Origin: Thermoanaerobaculia bacterium
Lineage (GTDB): Bacteria > Acidobacteriota > Thermoanaerobaculia > Multivoradales > UBA5704
NCBI GenBank assembly: GCA_044226625.1
Contig: JBGAGQ010000005.1
Coordinates: 96,001-160,000, forward strand
Direction: 5' to 3'
DNA: 64,000 nt
Shown here: positions 55,576-64,000 of the stretch, in pieces
Layout: every line of letters begins with the position of its first letter
Numbering within the stretch: the stretch's first letter is position 1
Notes under the pieces: generated by a model
Told to the model about the DNA's origin: nothing
Database searches by the model: none
What the model saw: the letters and a program-made list of their open reading frames with translations, nothing else
Program-made: the position numbers and the translations under genes

Positions 55576-56850
55576 ATGCCCCGTTCTCTCCGTTTCCTCG
55601 CGGCCGTCGTCTGCCTCCTGGCCTTCGCCTCGGCTCCGAGGGGAGCCCAGGCGGCCGGCGAAGGGCGCCTCCTCGGGACCGTGCTCGACGGTTCGGGCGC
55701 GCCACTACCGGACGTCCTCGTCACGGTCACCCGGGAAGGGGTGGCCAACTACAAGCAGGAAAAGAAGACCGACAAGAAGGGCCAGTTCACGGTCATCGTG
55801 CTCGACGCCACGGTGACCTACAAATTCTCGCTGGCGAAGGAAGGCTTCCTGACCCTCGAGCAGGATCTGAAGCTCAAGCTCGAGGAGACGATGCGCCAGA
55901 CCTTCACCTTGCTTCCGGCCAAAGCCGCCGCGCCGAAGATGTCGGCCGAGGAGCTGGCGAAGCTCGAGGCGAAGAACCAGGCGATCGCGGCCTTCAACGA
56001 AGGGGTGGCGGCGTTCAACGCCAAGGACATGGCGACCGCGGCCGAGAAGTTCAAGCAGGCGACCGACCTCGACCCGTCGATCCAGCAGGGGTATGCCGCG
56101 TTGGCCGAGGCGTACATGGACCTCGGCAAGTGGAACGAGGCGCTCGCGGCGATCGACCGCTTCCTCGAGCAGGCTCCCGGCGACAAGCGCGGCCTCCAAG
56201 ACCGCTACGACATCCTGAAGGAGATGGGGGACAAGGCGAAGGCCGCCCCGGCGCTCGAAGCCCTGATCACGGCCGATCCGAGCCACGACACGGCGGTCCG
56301 GGTGTTCAACCTCGGCGCCGAGGCGTCCCGCGCTGGGGAGACCGACGCGGCGATCGGCTACTTGGAGCGCGCGCTCACGATCGAGCCTACCCTGTCTCCG
56401 GCGTCGTCCGCTCTCGGCAGCCTCTATCTCAAGAAGAAGGATTACCCGAAAGCGCTCGCGTTCGCGGAGAAGACCCTGACCGCCAAGCCCGGCGACCTGG
56501 AAGCGATGACCCTCCGGTACGAGACCTATCGCGCGATGGGCGACAAGGCGAAGGCGTCCGAGGCTCAGGCGGCGATGCAGGCGGCGAGCGCCGCGTCCTC
56601 GCCCGAAGAGCTGTACAAGCAAGGGGTGGCTCTCTACAACGCCAACAACTCGACTGCCGCGCGCGCGACCTTCGAGACGCTGCTCCAGCGCGACCCGAAC
56701 CACGCCAAGGCGCACTTCCTGCTCGGGAGCATCCTGGTGAGCACCGGCGAGAACGCCGGAGCGAAGGAGCACCTCCAGAAGTTCATCGACCTCGCGCCGA
56801 CCGACCCGGACGCCGCGACGGCCCAAGAGATGCTCGCCTACCTCAAGTAG
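55576..56850 (+). CDS. Exported carboxypeptidase-regulatory-like domain + TPR protein
   Basis: Signal peptide, G.V.D..G.PLP.V.V / TD..G.F, multiple TPRs. Confidence 0.85.
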   Translation: MPRSLRFLAAVVCLLAFASAPRGAQAAGEGRLLGTVLDGSGAPLPDVLVTVTREGVANYKQEKKTDKKGQFTVIVLDATVTYKFSLAKEGFLTLEQDLKLKLEETMRQTFTLLPAKAAAPKMSAEELAKLEAKNQAIAAFNEGVAAFNAKDMATAAEKFKQATDLDPSIQQGYAALAEAYMDLGKWNEALAAIDRFLEQAPGDKRGLQDRYDILKEMGDKAKAAPALEALITADPSHDTAVRVFNLGAEASRAGETDAAIGYLERALTIEPTLSPASSALGSLYLKKKDYPKALAFAEKTLTAKPGDLEAMTLRYETYRAMGDKAKASEAQAAMQAASAASSPEELYKQGVALYNANNSTAARATFETLLQRDPNHAKAHFLLGSILVSTGENAGAKEHLQKFIDLAPTDPDAATAQEMLAYLK

Positions 56851-56871
56851 AGAGATGATTCGAGCGACGGC

Positions 56872-56898
56872 AGGCCGGATCCGCGACGGATCCGGCCT
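56872..56898. terminator. Hairpin between convergent genes
   Basis: aggccggatccg-cga-cggatccggcct. Confidence 0.55.
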
Positions 56899-56907
56899 CC
56901 GGCCGCC

Positions 56908-57591
56908 TCAGTCGCGCGCGACGCGCTCTTCTTTCGTGATCCAGCCGTCCATCAGATGGACGACTCGATTGCCGTACTGGGCGTTCTTCTCGGAATGGGT
57001 GACCTGGACGATCGTCGTCCCCTGCCGGTTCAAATCGCGGAACAGCTCCATGATCTCCTCGGCCTGGGCCGAATGGAGGTTCCCGGTCGGCTCGTCGGCG
57101 AGCAGGAGCTTCGGCCCTCCGACGACGGCGCGCGCGACGCCGACCAGCTGCTGTTGGCCGCCCGAGAGCTGTGGCGGGAAGAGGTCCTTCTTGCCGACGA
57201 TGCGGAAGCGGTCGAGCGCCTCGGCGACCAGCGCTTCACGCTCCGCTTTCCTGACGTTGCGATAGGAGAGCGGCAGGTCGAGGTTCTCGGCGACCGTGAG
57301 GTTGTCGAGCAGGTGGTAGCTCTGGAACACGAAGCCGATGTTCTGCTTGTTGAGCTCCAAGCGCTGCTTCGGCTTGAGCGCGTGGACCGGCTGGCCGAGG
57401 AATCGGTACTGGCCGCTCCAGGCGTGATCGAGCATGCCGATGATCGACATCAGCGTCGTCTTGCCCGAGCCCGAAGGACCCATGATGGTGACGAAATCCC
57501 CTTCGTCGACCTTGAGGTTCACTTGACGGAGGACCCATACCTGTCCGGGGCCGGCGGGATACGTTTTTTCCAGGTTCTCGATCTCGATCAT
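56908..57591 (-). CDS. ABC transporter ATP-binding protein (MacB/LolD-type)
   Basis: GPSGSGKT, LSGGQQQ, LLADEPTGNL, VTH. Confidence 0.92.
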   Translation of the reverse strand: MIEIENLEKTYPAGPGQVWVLRQVNLKVDEGDFVTIMGPSGSGKTTLMSIIGMLDHAWSGQYRFLGQPVHALKPKQRLELNKQNIGFVFQSYHLLDNLTVAENLDLPLSYRNVRKAEREALVAEALDRFRIVGKKDLFPPQLSGGQQQLVGVARAVVGGPKLLLADEPTGNLHSAQAEEIMELFRDLNRQGTTIVQVTHSEKNAQYGNRVVHLMDGWITKEERVARD

Positions 57592-57788
57592 GGTTCTCTC
57601 TACGAACGGAGGGGGAAAAGGATTTCGTCCCGCAACCTTCGCATTGGAGAGTAGCAAACGCCCGGCGGAAAGAGGACGCGGCCCAGGCTTGGGTCTCGCG
57701 GGGACCCGGGAGAGGGGGAACCGGAAAAAGGGGGCGGTGGGCTCGTGCCGTACCCACCGCCCCGAGGCCGGATGTCTAGGAGGGGGTG

Positions 57789-58229
57789 TTATCGCGGGTT
57801 GTTGATCCGGTCCTTCAAGGCTTCGTACTGGAGCAGCTGTTCCGCGGTGAGGATCGCCGAGAAGTCGTCGTCGAAATCCTGAAGCTTGTCCTCGATCTGC
57901 TCGTATTTCCCGTGACGGCTGACCACCAGGGCGCCGATCGCGCAGGCGTCCGGATTGGTCGCGTTCAGCGCTTCGCGGATCTGCTCGGACAGCGTCTTGA
58001 TTTCCGCGCCGATCGGCCGGATCGCGGTCCGCGTGGTGCCCACCAAGGTGCGCAAGGTCGACGTCTGGGTGGCCGTGAGATGGAGCGTGCGGACGAGGAT
58101 CTGCGGGTTCTTGACGAACTGGGCGAGCGCTTTGTTCTCGCCACCCTCCTCCTGGGCGCGCACGGGGGCGGTCGACAGCACGGCGGCGAGGGCGACGAGT
58201 CCGAGGAGGAAAAGGCGTTTCGGCTGCAT
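57789..58229 (-). CDS. Periplasmic Spy/CpxP-like helical protein
   Basis: Signal peptide, L.LT..Q and ILTAEQ (LTxxQ) motifs; AAGGAG SD. Confidence 0.7.
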   Translation of the reverse strand: MQPKRLFLLGLVALAAVLSTAPVRAQEEGGENKALAQFVKNPQILVRTLHLTATQTSTLRTLVGTTRTAIRPIGAEIKTLSEQIREALNATNPDACAIGALVVSRHGKYEQIEDKLQDFDDDFSAILTAEQLLQYEALKDRINNPR

Positions 58230-58351
58230 GGGTCTCTCCTTTGGTTCTACGCGTTTCTCGGGTTCGTTACGGCGACGGTACGTGTTCTTCGGACGTTGAA
58301 ACCCGCCTCGTCCCGATTTCCTGCGGGTCGTCCCGAGATTCGTGAGGCGTC

Positions 58352-58390
58352 AAAAACGAAACCGCCCGGCGGTGCCGGGCGGTTTCGTTT
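58352..58390 (-). terminator. Intrinsic (probably bidirectional) terminator
   Basis: aaaaacgaaaccgcccggc-ggt-gccgggcggtttcgttt; U-tract on the minus strand after the ABC ATPase gene. Confidence 0.8.
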
Positions 58391-58432
58391 CCGAAATTGG
58401 GCGCGCTCGAAAGCGCCGGGGAGAGCGTTCGA

Positions 58433-59182
<750 letters not shown>

Positions 59183-59255
59183 GGGTTCCCCCCTCGGTTG
59201 CAGCGATTCCGGGTCTGCTCGATCAAATCAGATTCGATCGAGTTTATCCAGCGTT

Positions 59256-60509
59256 TTAGTCCAGTTTGATACGGTTTACGTTATCCCACGCGGAGGTGTC
59301 GGAGAGGATCACCTGATCGCCCACCTGGAGCCCGCTCACCAGCTCGATCGTGTTGACCGAGCTGCGGCCGAGCTGGACCGGCACCTTGACCGCCGCTTTC
59401 CCGCCCTCGACCAGCTTGAACATCTCGATCTTGCTGTTCGGCTGACCGTACGCCGGCCGCCCGACGAACATTACGTCGGGGAGCCGCTCGATCTCGATCG
59501 TGCCGTCGACCGCGAGGTCGGGGCGGGCGCCCTTGGGCAGCGACGCGGTGAGCGCCACGTCGACCGTGACGGTGCCTTCCTGGACCGACGGCGCGATACG
59601 CGCTACGCGACCGGCGACGATGCCGTTGCGCGTGTCGATCGAGGCGGTCTGGCCGAGCGCCACGTCCTTGGCCTGAGTTTCCGGAATGCGTAGCTCCGCT
59701 TTGAGCTCGCCCGGCCGCGCGACCCGTGCCAGGTTCGTTCCCGGCGTGACCCGCTGGCCGACCTGGACCGGCAGCTCCTGGAGGATGCCCGAGATGCCGG
59801 CGCGGACGCGGAGCCCTTCGACCTGATGGCGCCGCAGCTCGACGAGGGTCTGCGCCTGCTCGACCCGCGCCCGCTGGGCGGCGAGCTGGGCGGATGCCGA
59901 CTCGTTGCTCTTGGTCACCCGCTCCGATTCGATCCCGGCTTGGCGGCCGAGCTGGTCGGCGCGCAGCCGGGAAAGGCGGAGCGTGAGGTCGGGGATCAGA
60001 CCGTCCTTGGCGAGCTGCTGGTTCGCCTCGGCGGTGAGCTTGGCCTCCTGCGCCTGCGACTCGACCGCCGCGGCCTGGGAGCGCTGGTTCAAGACCTCGC
60101 TCGCGAGGCGGGCACGCAGGTCCTCGAAATCGGCGTTCGCGGTTTGCAGCTGTGACTCGGCGTCGCGAAACTCCTGTTCGAGCTCCGGGTTCGACAGCTC
60201 GAGCAGGATCGTCTCCGGCTCGACCGCGACGCCCGGCAAGGCGGGAATTCGCTCGACCCGGCCGTCCTGGGACGCCGACAGCCATCGGATGTCGACCGGC
60301 ACCAGGTTGCCCGGTCCGCGCACCTGGCGCAGCATCGAGCCGCGCTGCACGGTATCGACCCAGACGGTTTCGCGCTCGACCGAGGGCGCGGCGGGCTTCA
60401 GCCGCGAGATGAAGAAGGTGATCAGCCCGATGGCGAGGACGCCGAGGGCGCCCCAGAGGATGCGCTGGTTGCGGCGTTTCCGGGTTTGGTCGGGTCGTTG
60501 AATATCCAT
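59256..60509 (-). CDS. Efflux periplasmic adaptor subunit (MacA/HlyD family)
   Basis: N-terminal TM, V..G...R.V.G.G.L.P, coiled-coil hairpin, VRA..SG, GL..GD.VILSD. Confidence 0.9.
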   Translation of the reverse strand: MDIQRPDQTRKRRNQRILWGALGVLAIGLITFFISRLKPAAPSVERETVWVDTVQRGSMLRQVRGPGNLVPVDIRWLSASQDGRVERIPALPGVAVEPETILLELSNPELEQEFRDAESQLQTANADFEDLRARLASEVLNQRSQAAAVESQAQEAKLTAEANQQLAKDGLIPDLTLRLSRLRADQLGRQAGIESERVTKSNESASAQLAAQRARVEQAQTLVELRRHQVEGLRVRAGISGILQELPVQVGQRVTPGTNLARVARPGELKAELRIPETQAKDVALGQTASIDTRNGIVAGRVARIAPSVQEGTVTVDVALTASLPKGARPDLAVDGTIEIERLPDVMFVGRPAYGQPNSKIEMFKLVEGGKAAVKVPVQLGRSSVNTIELVSGLQVGDQVILSDTSAWDNVNRIKLD

Positions 60510-60702
60510 GCGTGGGGGCTCCGAACGGTCTCGCAAGCTGTACGGCGTCTAGCCGGGAATGTTTCCGAGAATCGTGCCTTGGTAGGGGCGCGGGTCGGGA
60601 GGGAAGGTTCGATGGACGCTCCTGCGTCCATTCCTCGCAGGTGCACCGATCGGGGGAAACGGGGACGGAGGCGCGGGGGAGAGGGTGTCAGGGGGGCTGA
60701 AT

Positions 60703-61233
60703 TCAACTCGAAACGCGGCCGGGAGAGCCGCCACGCCGCGCCTGACCGAGCAGATGGCCCACCTCGGGCAGAATCAGCCGGTCGAACGCGAGCGTCACTG
60801 CCTTGGGCGACCCGGGCAGGAGAAAGACGGCGCGGCCGGCGACGAGGCCGGCCGCCGCGCGGGAGAGCATCGCCGCGGCACCCACGTCCGAGTAAGAGAG
60901 CATTCGGAACAGCTCGCCGAAACCCTCGACCGGACGTTCGAACAGTGGAGCCGCTGCCTCGATCGTTACGTCGCGGGGGGAAAAGCCAGTGCCACCGGAC
61001 ACGGCGACGACGTCCACCCGCTCGGTCTGCAGCGCCTCGCGGATCGCCGCTCGGATCGACTCGATTTCGTCCGGCACGATCGCGGAGCGGACGACCGCGT
61101 GGCCGGCCGAGAGAGCCCGCTCGCGCATCGTCCGGCCCGACGTGTCGGTTTCCGCGGTCCGCGAGTCGCTCACCGTGATCAGCGCGAAGCCGAGCCCCGA
61201 GGGAGCGTAGGCCCGATGCTCCTCGGCGCTCAT
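60703..61233 (-). CDS. moaB: Molybdenum cofactor biosynthesis protein MoaB/MogA
   Basis: ITVSDSRT..TDTSG, GGTG.SPRDVT.EA, GFGELFR.LS, LSRA.AG, LPGS. Confidence 0.88.
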   Translation of the reverse strand: MSAEEHRAYAPSGLGFALITVSDSRTAETDTSGRTMRERALSAGHAVVRSAIVPDEIESIRAAIREALQTERVDVVAVSGGTGFSPRDVTIEAAAPLFERPVEGFGELFRMLSYSDVGAAAMLSRAAAGLVAGRAVFLLPGSPKAVTLAFDRLILPEVGHLLGQARRGGSPGRVSS

Positions 61234-61243
61234 CGGCTCCCGA

Positions 61244-61501
61244 TCAGCCCTTCACCTTGTGGTAGATGAAGAGGACGATCAGCGCGCCCAGGACCGCGAT
61301 GATCAGGCTGCGCCAATCGAAGCCCGAGATGCCGCCGAATCCCGCCAGCGTCGCAACCCAGCCGCCGACCACCGCACCCACGATGCCGATCAAAGGGGTG
61401 ACGAAGCAGCCGCCCGGATCTTTGCCCGGCATGATCAACCGCGCGAGCCAACCGGCTAGCGCGCCGAAGACCACCCACGAGATCAAACCCATTCCTGCCA
61501 T
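61244..61501 (-). CDS. GlsB/YeaQ/YmgE family membrane protein
   Basis: WVVFGALAGWLA..IMPG..GG....IGIVGA.VGG pattern. Confidence 0.85.
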   Translation of the reverse strand: MAGMGLISWVVFGALAGWLARLIMPGKDPGGCFVTPLIGIVGAVVGGWVATLAGFGGISGFDWRSLIIAVLGALIVLFIYHKVKG

Positions 61502-61543
61502 TTCGGTTCCTCCTTCCGGCGTATCGCCCGTTTAGAATGCCGT

Positions 61544-64000
61544 ATGCCCGAATCCCGTCCCCGTCTCTTCCTGATCGACGGCTACTCGAACATTTTCAGA
61601 GCCTACTACGCGATCCGAAATCTCTCGAATTCTCGCGGCGAGCCCACCAACGCCGTCTACGGTTTCATCCAGATGCTCAAGAAGCTCCTCCGCGAGGAGA
61701 GCCCGGAGCTGATCGGCGTGGCGCTCGACGTCGGAGGGCGCACGGTCCGGACCGAGAAGTTCGAGGCCTACAAGGCGAACCGGCAGCCCACGCCCGAAGA
61801 CCTCAAGAGCCAGGTCCCGCTGGTCCGGCGCGCGCTCGACGCGTACCGGATCCCGATCCTCGAGCTGTCCGGCTACGAGGCCGATGACGTTTTAGGCACC
61901 CTCGCGCTCAAGGCCGCCGGCCAGGGGTTCGACGTCGTCCTGGTCTCGGCCGACAAGGACCTGATGCAGCTCGTCGGGCCCCACGTTTTCCTCTACCACA
62001 CCGGTCGCAACAAGCTTTACGGCCCGGCCGAGGTGACCGAGGATTTCGGTCTGCCGCCCGAGAAGGTGATCGACGTCCTGGCGCTCATGGGCGACGCGGT
62101 CGACAACGTCCCGGGCGTCCCGGGGATCGGCGACAAAGGGGCCAAGGCGCTGATCCAGGAATACGGCTCGCTCGAAAACCTGCTGGAACGGGCCGGGGAC
62201 ATCTCGCGGAAGAGCTACCGCGAAGGGCTGCTCGCCCACCGCGATCAAGCTCTTCTCTCTAAAGACCTGGTGACCATCCACACCGACCTGCCGGTCGGTC
62301 TGGACCTGACCGCGCTGCGGCTCGAGAGCCCGGACGAGGACGCCCTGCGCGCCCTGTTCGCCGAGCTCGAGTTCTTCTCGCTGCTCGAAGAGCTCAAGGC
62401 CTCCGCGCGGTCGCGGCCGACCGAGATCGCCGCGGCCGAGGAGATCCTCGATCCGGAGGGATTTGCCGCGGTAACCGGCGCGATCGGCGCGACCGGCGCA
62501 GAGGTGTGCGCGGCGCTGCTCTGCGGCGACCGGCCGCTCGGCTTCGCCTGGCTCGGCGAGGACGGCGCTCCGCGATACGTCGACCTGCGGCGCGACGACA
62601 TGACAGCAGGAGTGCTCGCGCTCCTCCGGGAGTGGCTCGGCCGCGGCGGCCTCTCGTTGATCGGCCACGACGTCAAAGAGCTGATGCGCCTCGTCCCGAC
62701 CGCTCCGGCCGCCGCCGCGCTGTTCGACGAGATGTTGGTCTCCTATCTGATCAAGCCATCGATCCACGGCCATGCGCTCGAGGAGCTGGCGATCGAGCGG
62801 CTGGACCGGACGCTCCTCACCGCGAAAGAAGTCGGCTGGGACAAGGGGCAGGAGCCGCCGGTGGGCGACCCTCGGCTCGCCCTTTACGCAGGCGAGCGAC
62901 TGGCGACGATCCGCGCGCTCGAGGCGCCGATGCGCGCCGAGCTCTCCGCGGCGGGCACCCTCGGGAAGGTCTACGAGGAGATCGAGAGGCCCCTCCTCTC
63001 GGTTCTGGTGCGCATGGAGGAGACCGGCATCCTCCTCGACGTGCCGTTCCTGCGCGAGATGTCGAGCGAGCTGTCGGCCGAGACGCTCAAGCTCGAAGAG
63101 GAGATCTTCGACCTCGCGGGCGAGAAGTTCAATTTGGGATCGCCGCAGCAGCTCGGGGTCCTCCTGTTCGAAAAACTCGGGTACCCGGTGCTCAAGCGGA
63201 CCCAGAAGACCAAGAGCTATTCGACCGGGGCGGAGATCCTCGAAGAGCTCGCCGCCCGCGGTTACCCCATCGCCGAGCGGATCCTGCGCTACCGCGAGCT
63301 CACCAAGCTCCAGTCCACCTACGTCGAGGCGTTGCCCGGGATGGTCGGCTCCGACGGCCGCATCCATACCCGCTTCAACCAGGCGGTGGCGGCGACCGGA
63401 CGGCTCTCCTCGGCCAACCCGAACCTGCAGAACATCCCTGTCCGCACCGAGATCGGCCAGCGCATCCGGCGCGCGTTCGTCGCCGCGCCCGGCCACCTGC
63501 TGGTGGTCGCCGACTACAGCCAGATCGAGCTGCGCATCCTCGCCCATATCGCTGAGGATCCGACCTTGGTGGCCGCCTTCGCGGCCGGGGAGGACATCCA
63601 CCGGGCGACCGCCGCGCAGGTGCTCCACGTCGATCCCGAGTTGGTGACGCCCGAGCAGCGCCGTGCCGCCAAGGTGATCAACTTCGGCATCCTCTACGGC
63701 ATGAGCGCTTTCGGCCTCGCGGCGAACTTGAAGATCCCGCAGAAGGACGCCGACCGCTTCATCCGCGAGTACCTGGAACGTTTCCCGGGCGTTCGGCGTT
63801 ACATCGAGGAGACCGAGGCCGCGGCGGAACGGGAGGGCAAAGTGGAGACCCTCTACGGCCGCGTCCGTTGGCTGCCCGACATCCAGAGCAAGAACCGCAA
63901 CCTGCGCGAGAACGCCAAGCGAATGGCGATCAACGCGCGCATCCAAGGAACCGCCGCCGACCTCTTGAAGCTGGCGATGATCGCGGTCGACGTCCGCCTC
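61544..64000 (+). CDS. polA: DNA polymerase I, 3'-truncated by window edge
   Basis: Not in the ORF track because it has no stop in the window. Reads MPESRPRLFLIDGYSNIFRAYYA..GEPTNAV, YEADD, DKDL, TGRLSS.NPNLQNIP, ADYSQIELRILAH, AKVINFGILYGM. Confidence 0.96.
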   Translation, partial: MPESRPRLFLIDGYSNIFRAYYAIRNLSNSRGEPTNAVYGFIQMLKKLLREESPELIGVALDVGGRTVRTEKFEAYKANRQPTPEDLKSQVPLVRRALDAYRIPILELSGYEADDVLGTLALKAAGQGFDVVLVSADKDLMQLVGPHVFLYHTGRNKLYGPAEVTEDFGLPPEKVIDVLALMGDAVDNVPGVPGIGDKGAKALIQEYGSLENLLERAGDISRKSYREGLLAHRDQALLSKDLVTIHTDLPVGLDLTALRLESPDEDALRALFAELEFFSLLEELKASARSRPTEIAAAEEILDPEGFAAVTGAIGATGAEVCAALLCGDRPLGFAWLGEDGAPRYVDLRRDDMTAGVLALLREWLGRGGLSLIGHDVKELMRLVPTAPAAAALFDEMLVSYLIKPSIHGHALEELAIERLDRTLLTAKEVGWDKGQEPPVGDPRLALYAGERLATIRALEAPMRAELSAAGTLGKVYEEIERPLLSVLVRMEETGILLDVPFLREMSSELSAETLKLEEEIFDLAGEKFNLGSPQQLGVLLFEKLGYPVLKRTQKTKSYSTGAEILEELAARGYPIAERILRYRELTKLQSTYVEALPGMVGSDGRIHTRFNQAVAATGRLSSANPNLQNIPVRTEIGQRIRRAFVAAPGHLLVVADYSQIELRILAHIAEDPTLVAAFAAGEDIHRATAAQVLHVDPELVTPEQRRAAKVINFGILYGMSAFGLAANLKIPQKDADRFIREYLERFPGVRRYIEETEAAAEREGKVETLYGRVRWLPDIQSKNRNLRENAKRMAINARIQGTAADLLKLAMIAVDVRL

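Noticed and set aside
60563-60580. Sigma54 promoter for the efflux adaptor (AGGCACGATTCTCGG on the minus strand)
   Set aside because: The -24 element is good, but the -12 position reads GG rather than GC; too weak to call.
61892-63946. 684-aa minus-strand ORF
   Set aside because: Antisense shadow of polA, which runs off the window on +.

Overview
GC-rich bacterial chromosomal segment. Gene content and style (GT-C/GT4 cluster, TPR-CHAT/ECF locus, orphan MacA/ABC ATPases, TonB-plug-like motif) suggest Acidobacteriota, possibly Thermoanaerobaculia; this is inference only. From left to right it holds: the end of a DASS transporter; a surface-glycosylation cluster whose last gene is broken by a 52-bp tandem duplication; a beta-propeller diguanylate cyclase; an arn (L-Ara4N) locus with split ArnA; a low-GC five-gene island (two thioredoxin-fold proteins, an OmpA-like protein, a membrane protein and a Cys-rich secreted protein) with its own sigma70 promoter; a divergent radical SAM / tryptophan halogenase pair; two paralogous large exported proteins; an AhpD-like pair whose second gene is very probably a selenoprotein (in-frame UGA in CxxU plus a SECIS-like hairpin); Pnkp-Hen1 RNA repair genes behind topA; a complete IS1202/ISNCY-type element (TGT...ACA ends, 6-bp target duplication) with a structured 3' non-coding region; dprA; a TPR/exported protein/protease-propeller-BamA operon; a CHAT protease-small protein-ECF sigma-anti-sigma operon; several housekeeping enzymes; and the 5' part of polA. 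No rRNA, tRNA or CRISPR array was seen. All calls come from motif recognition by eye; no database searches were run.
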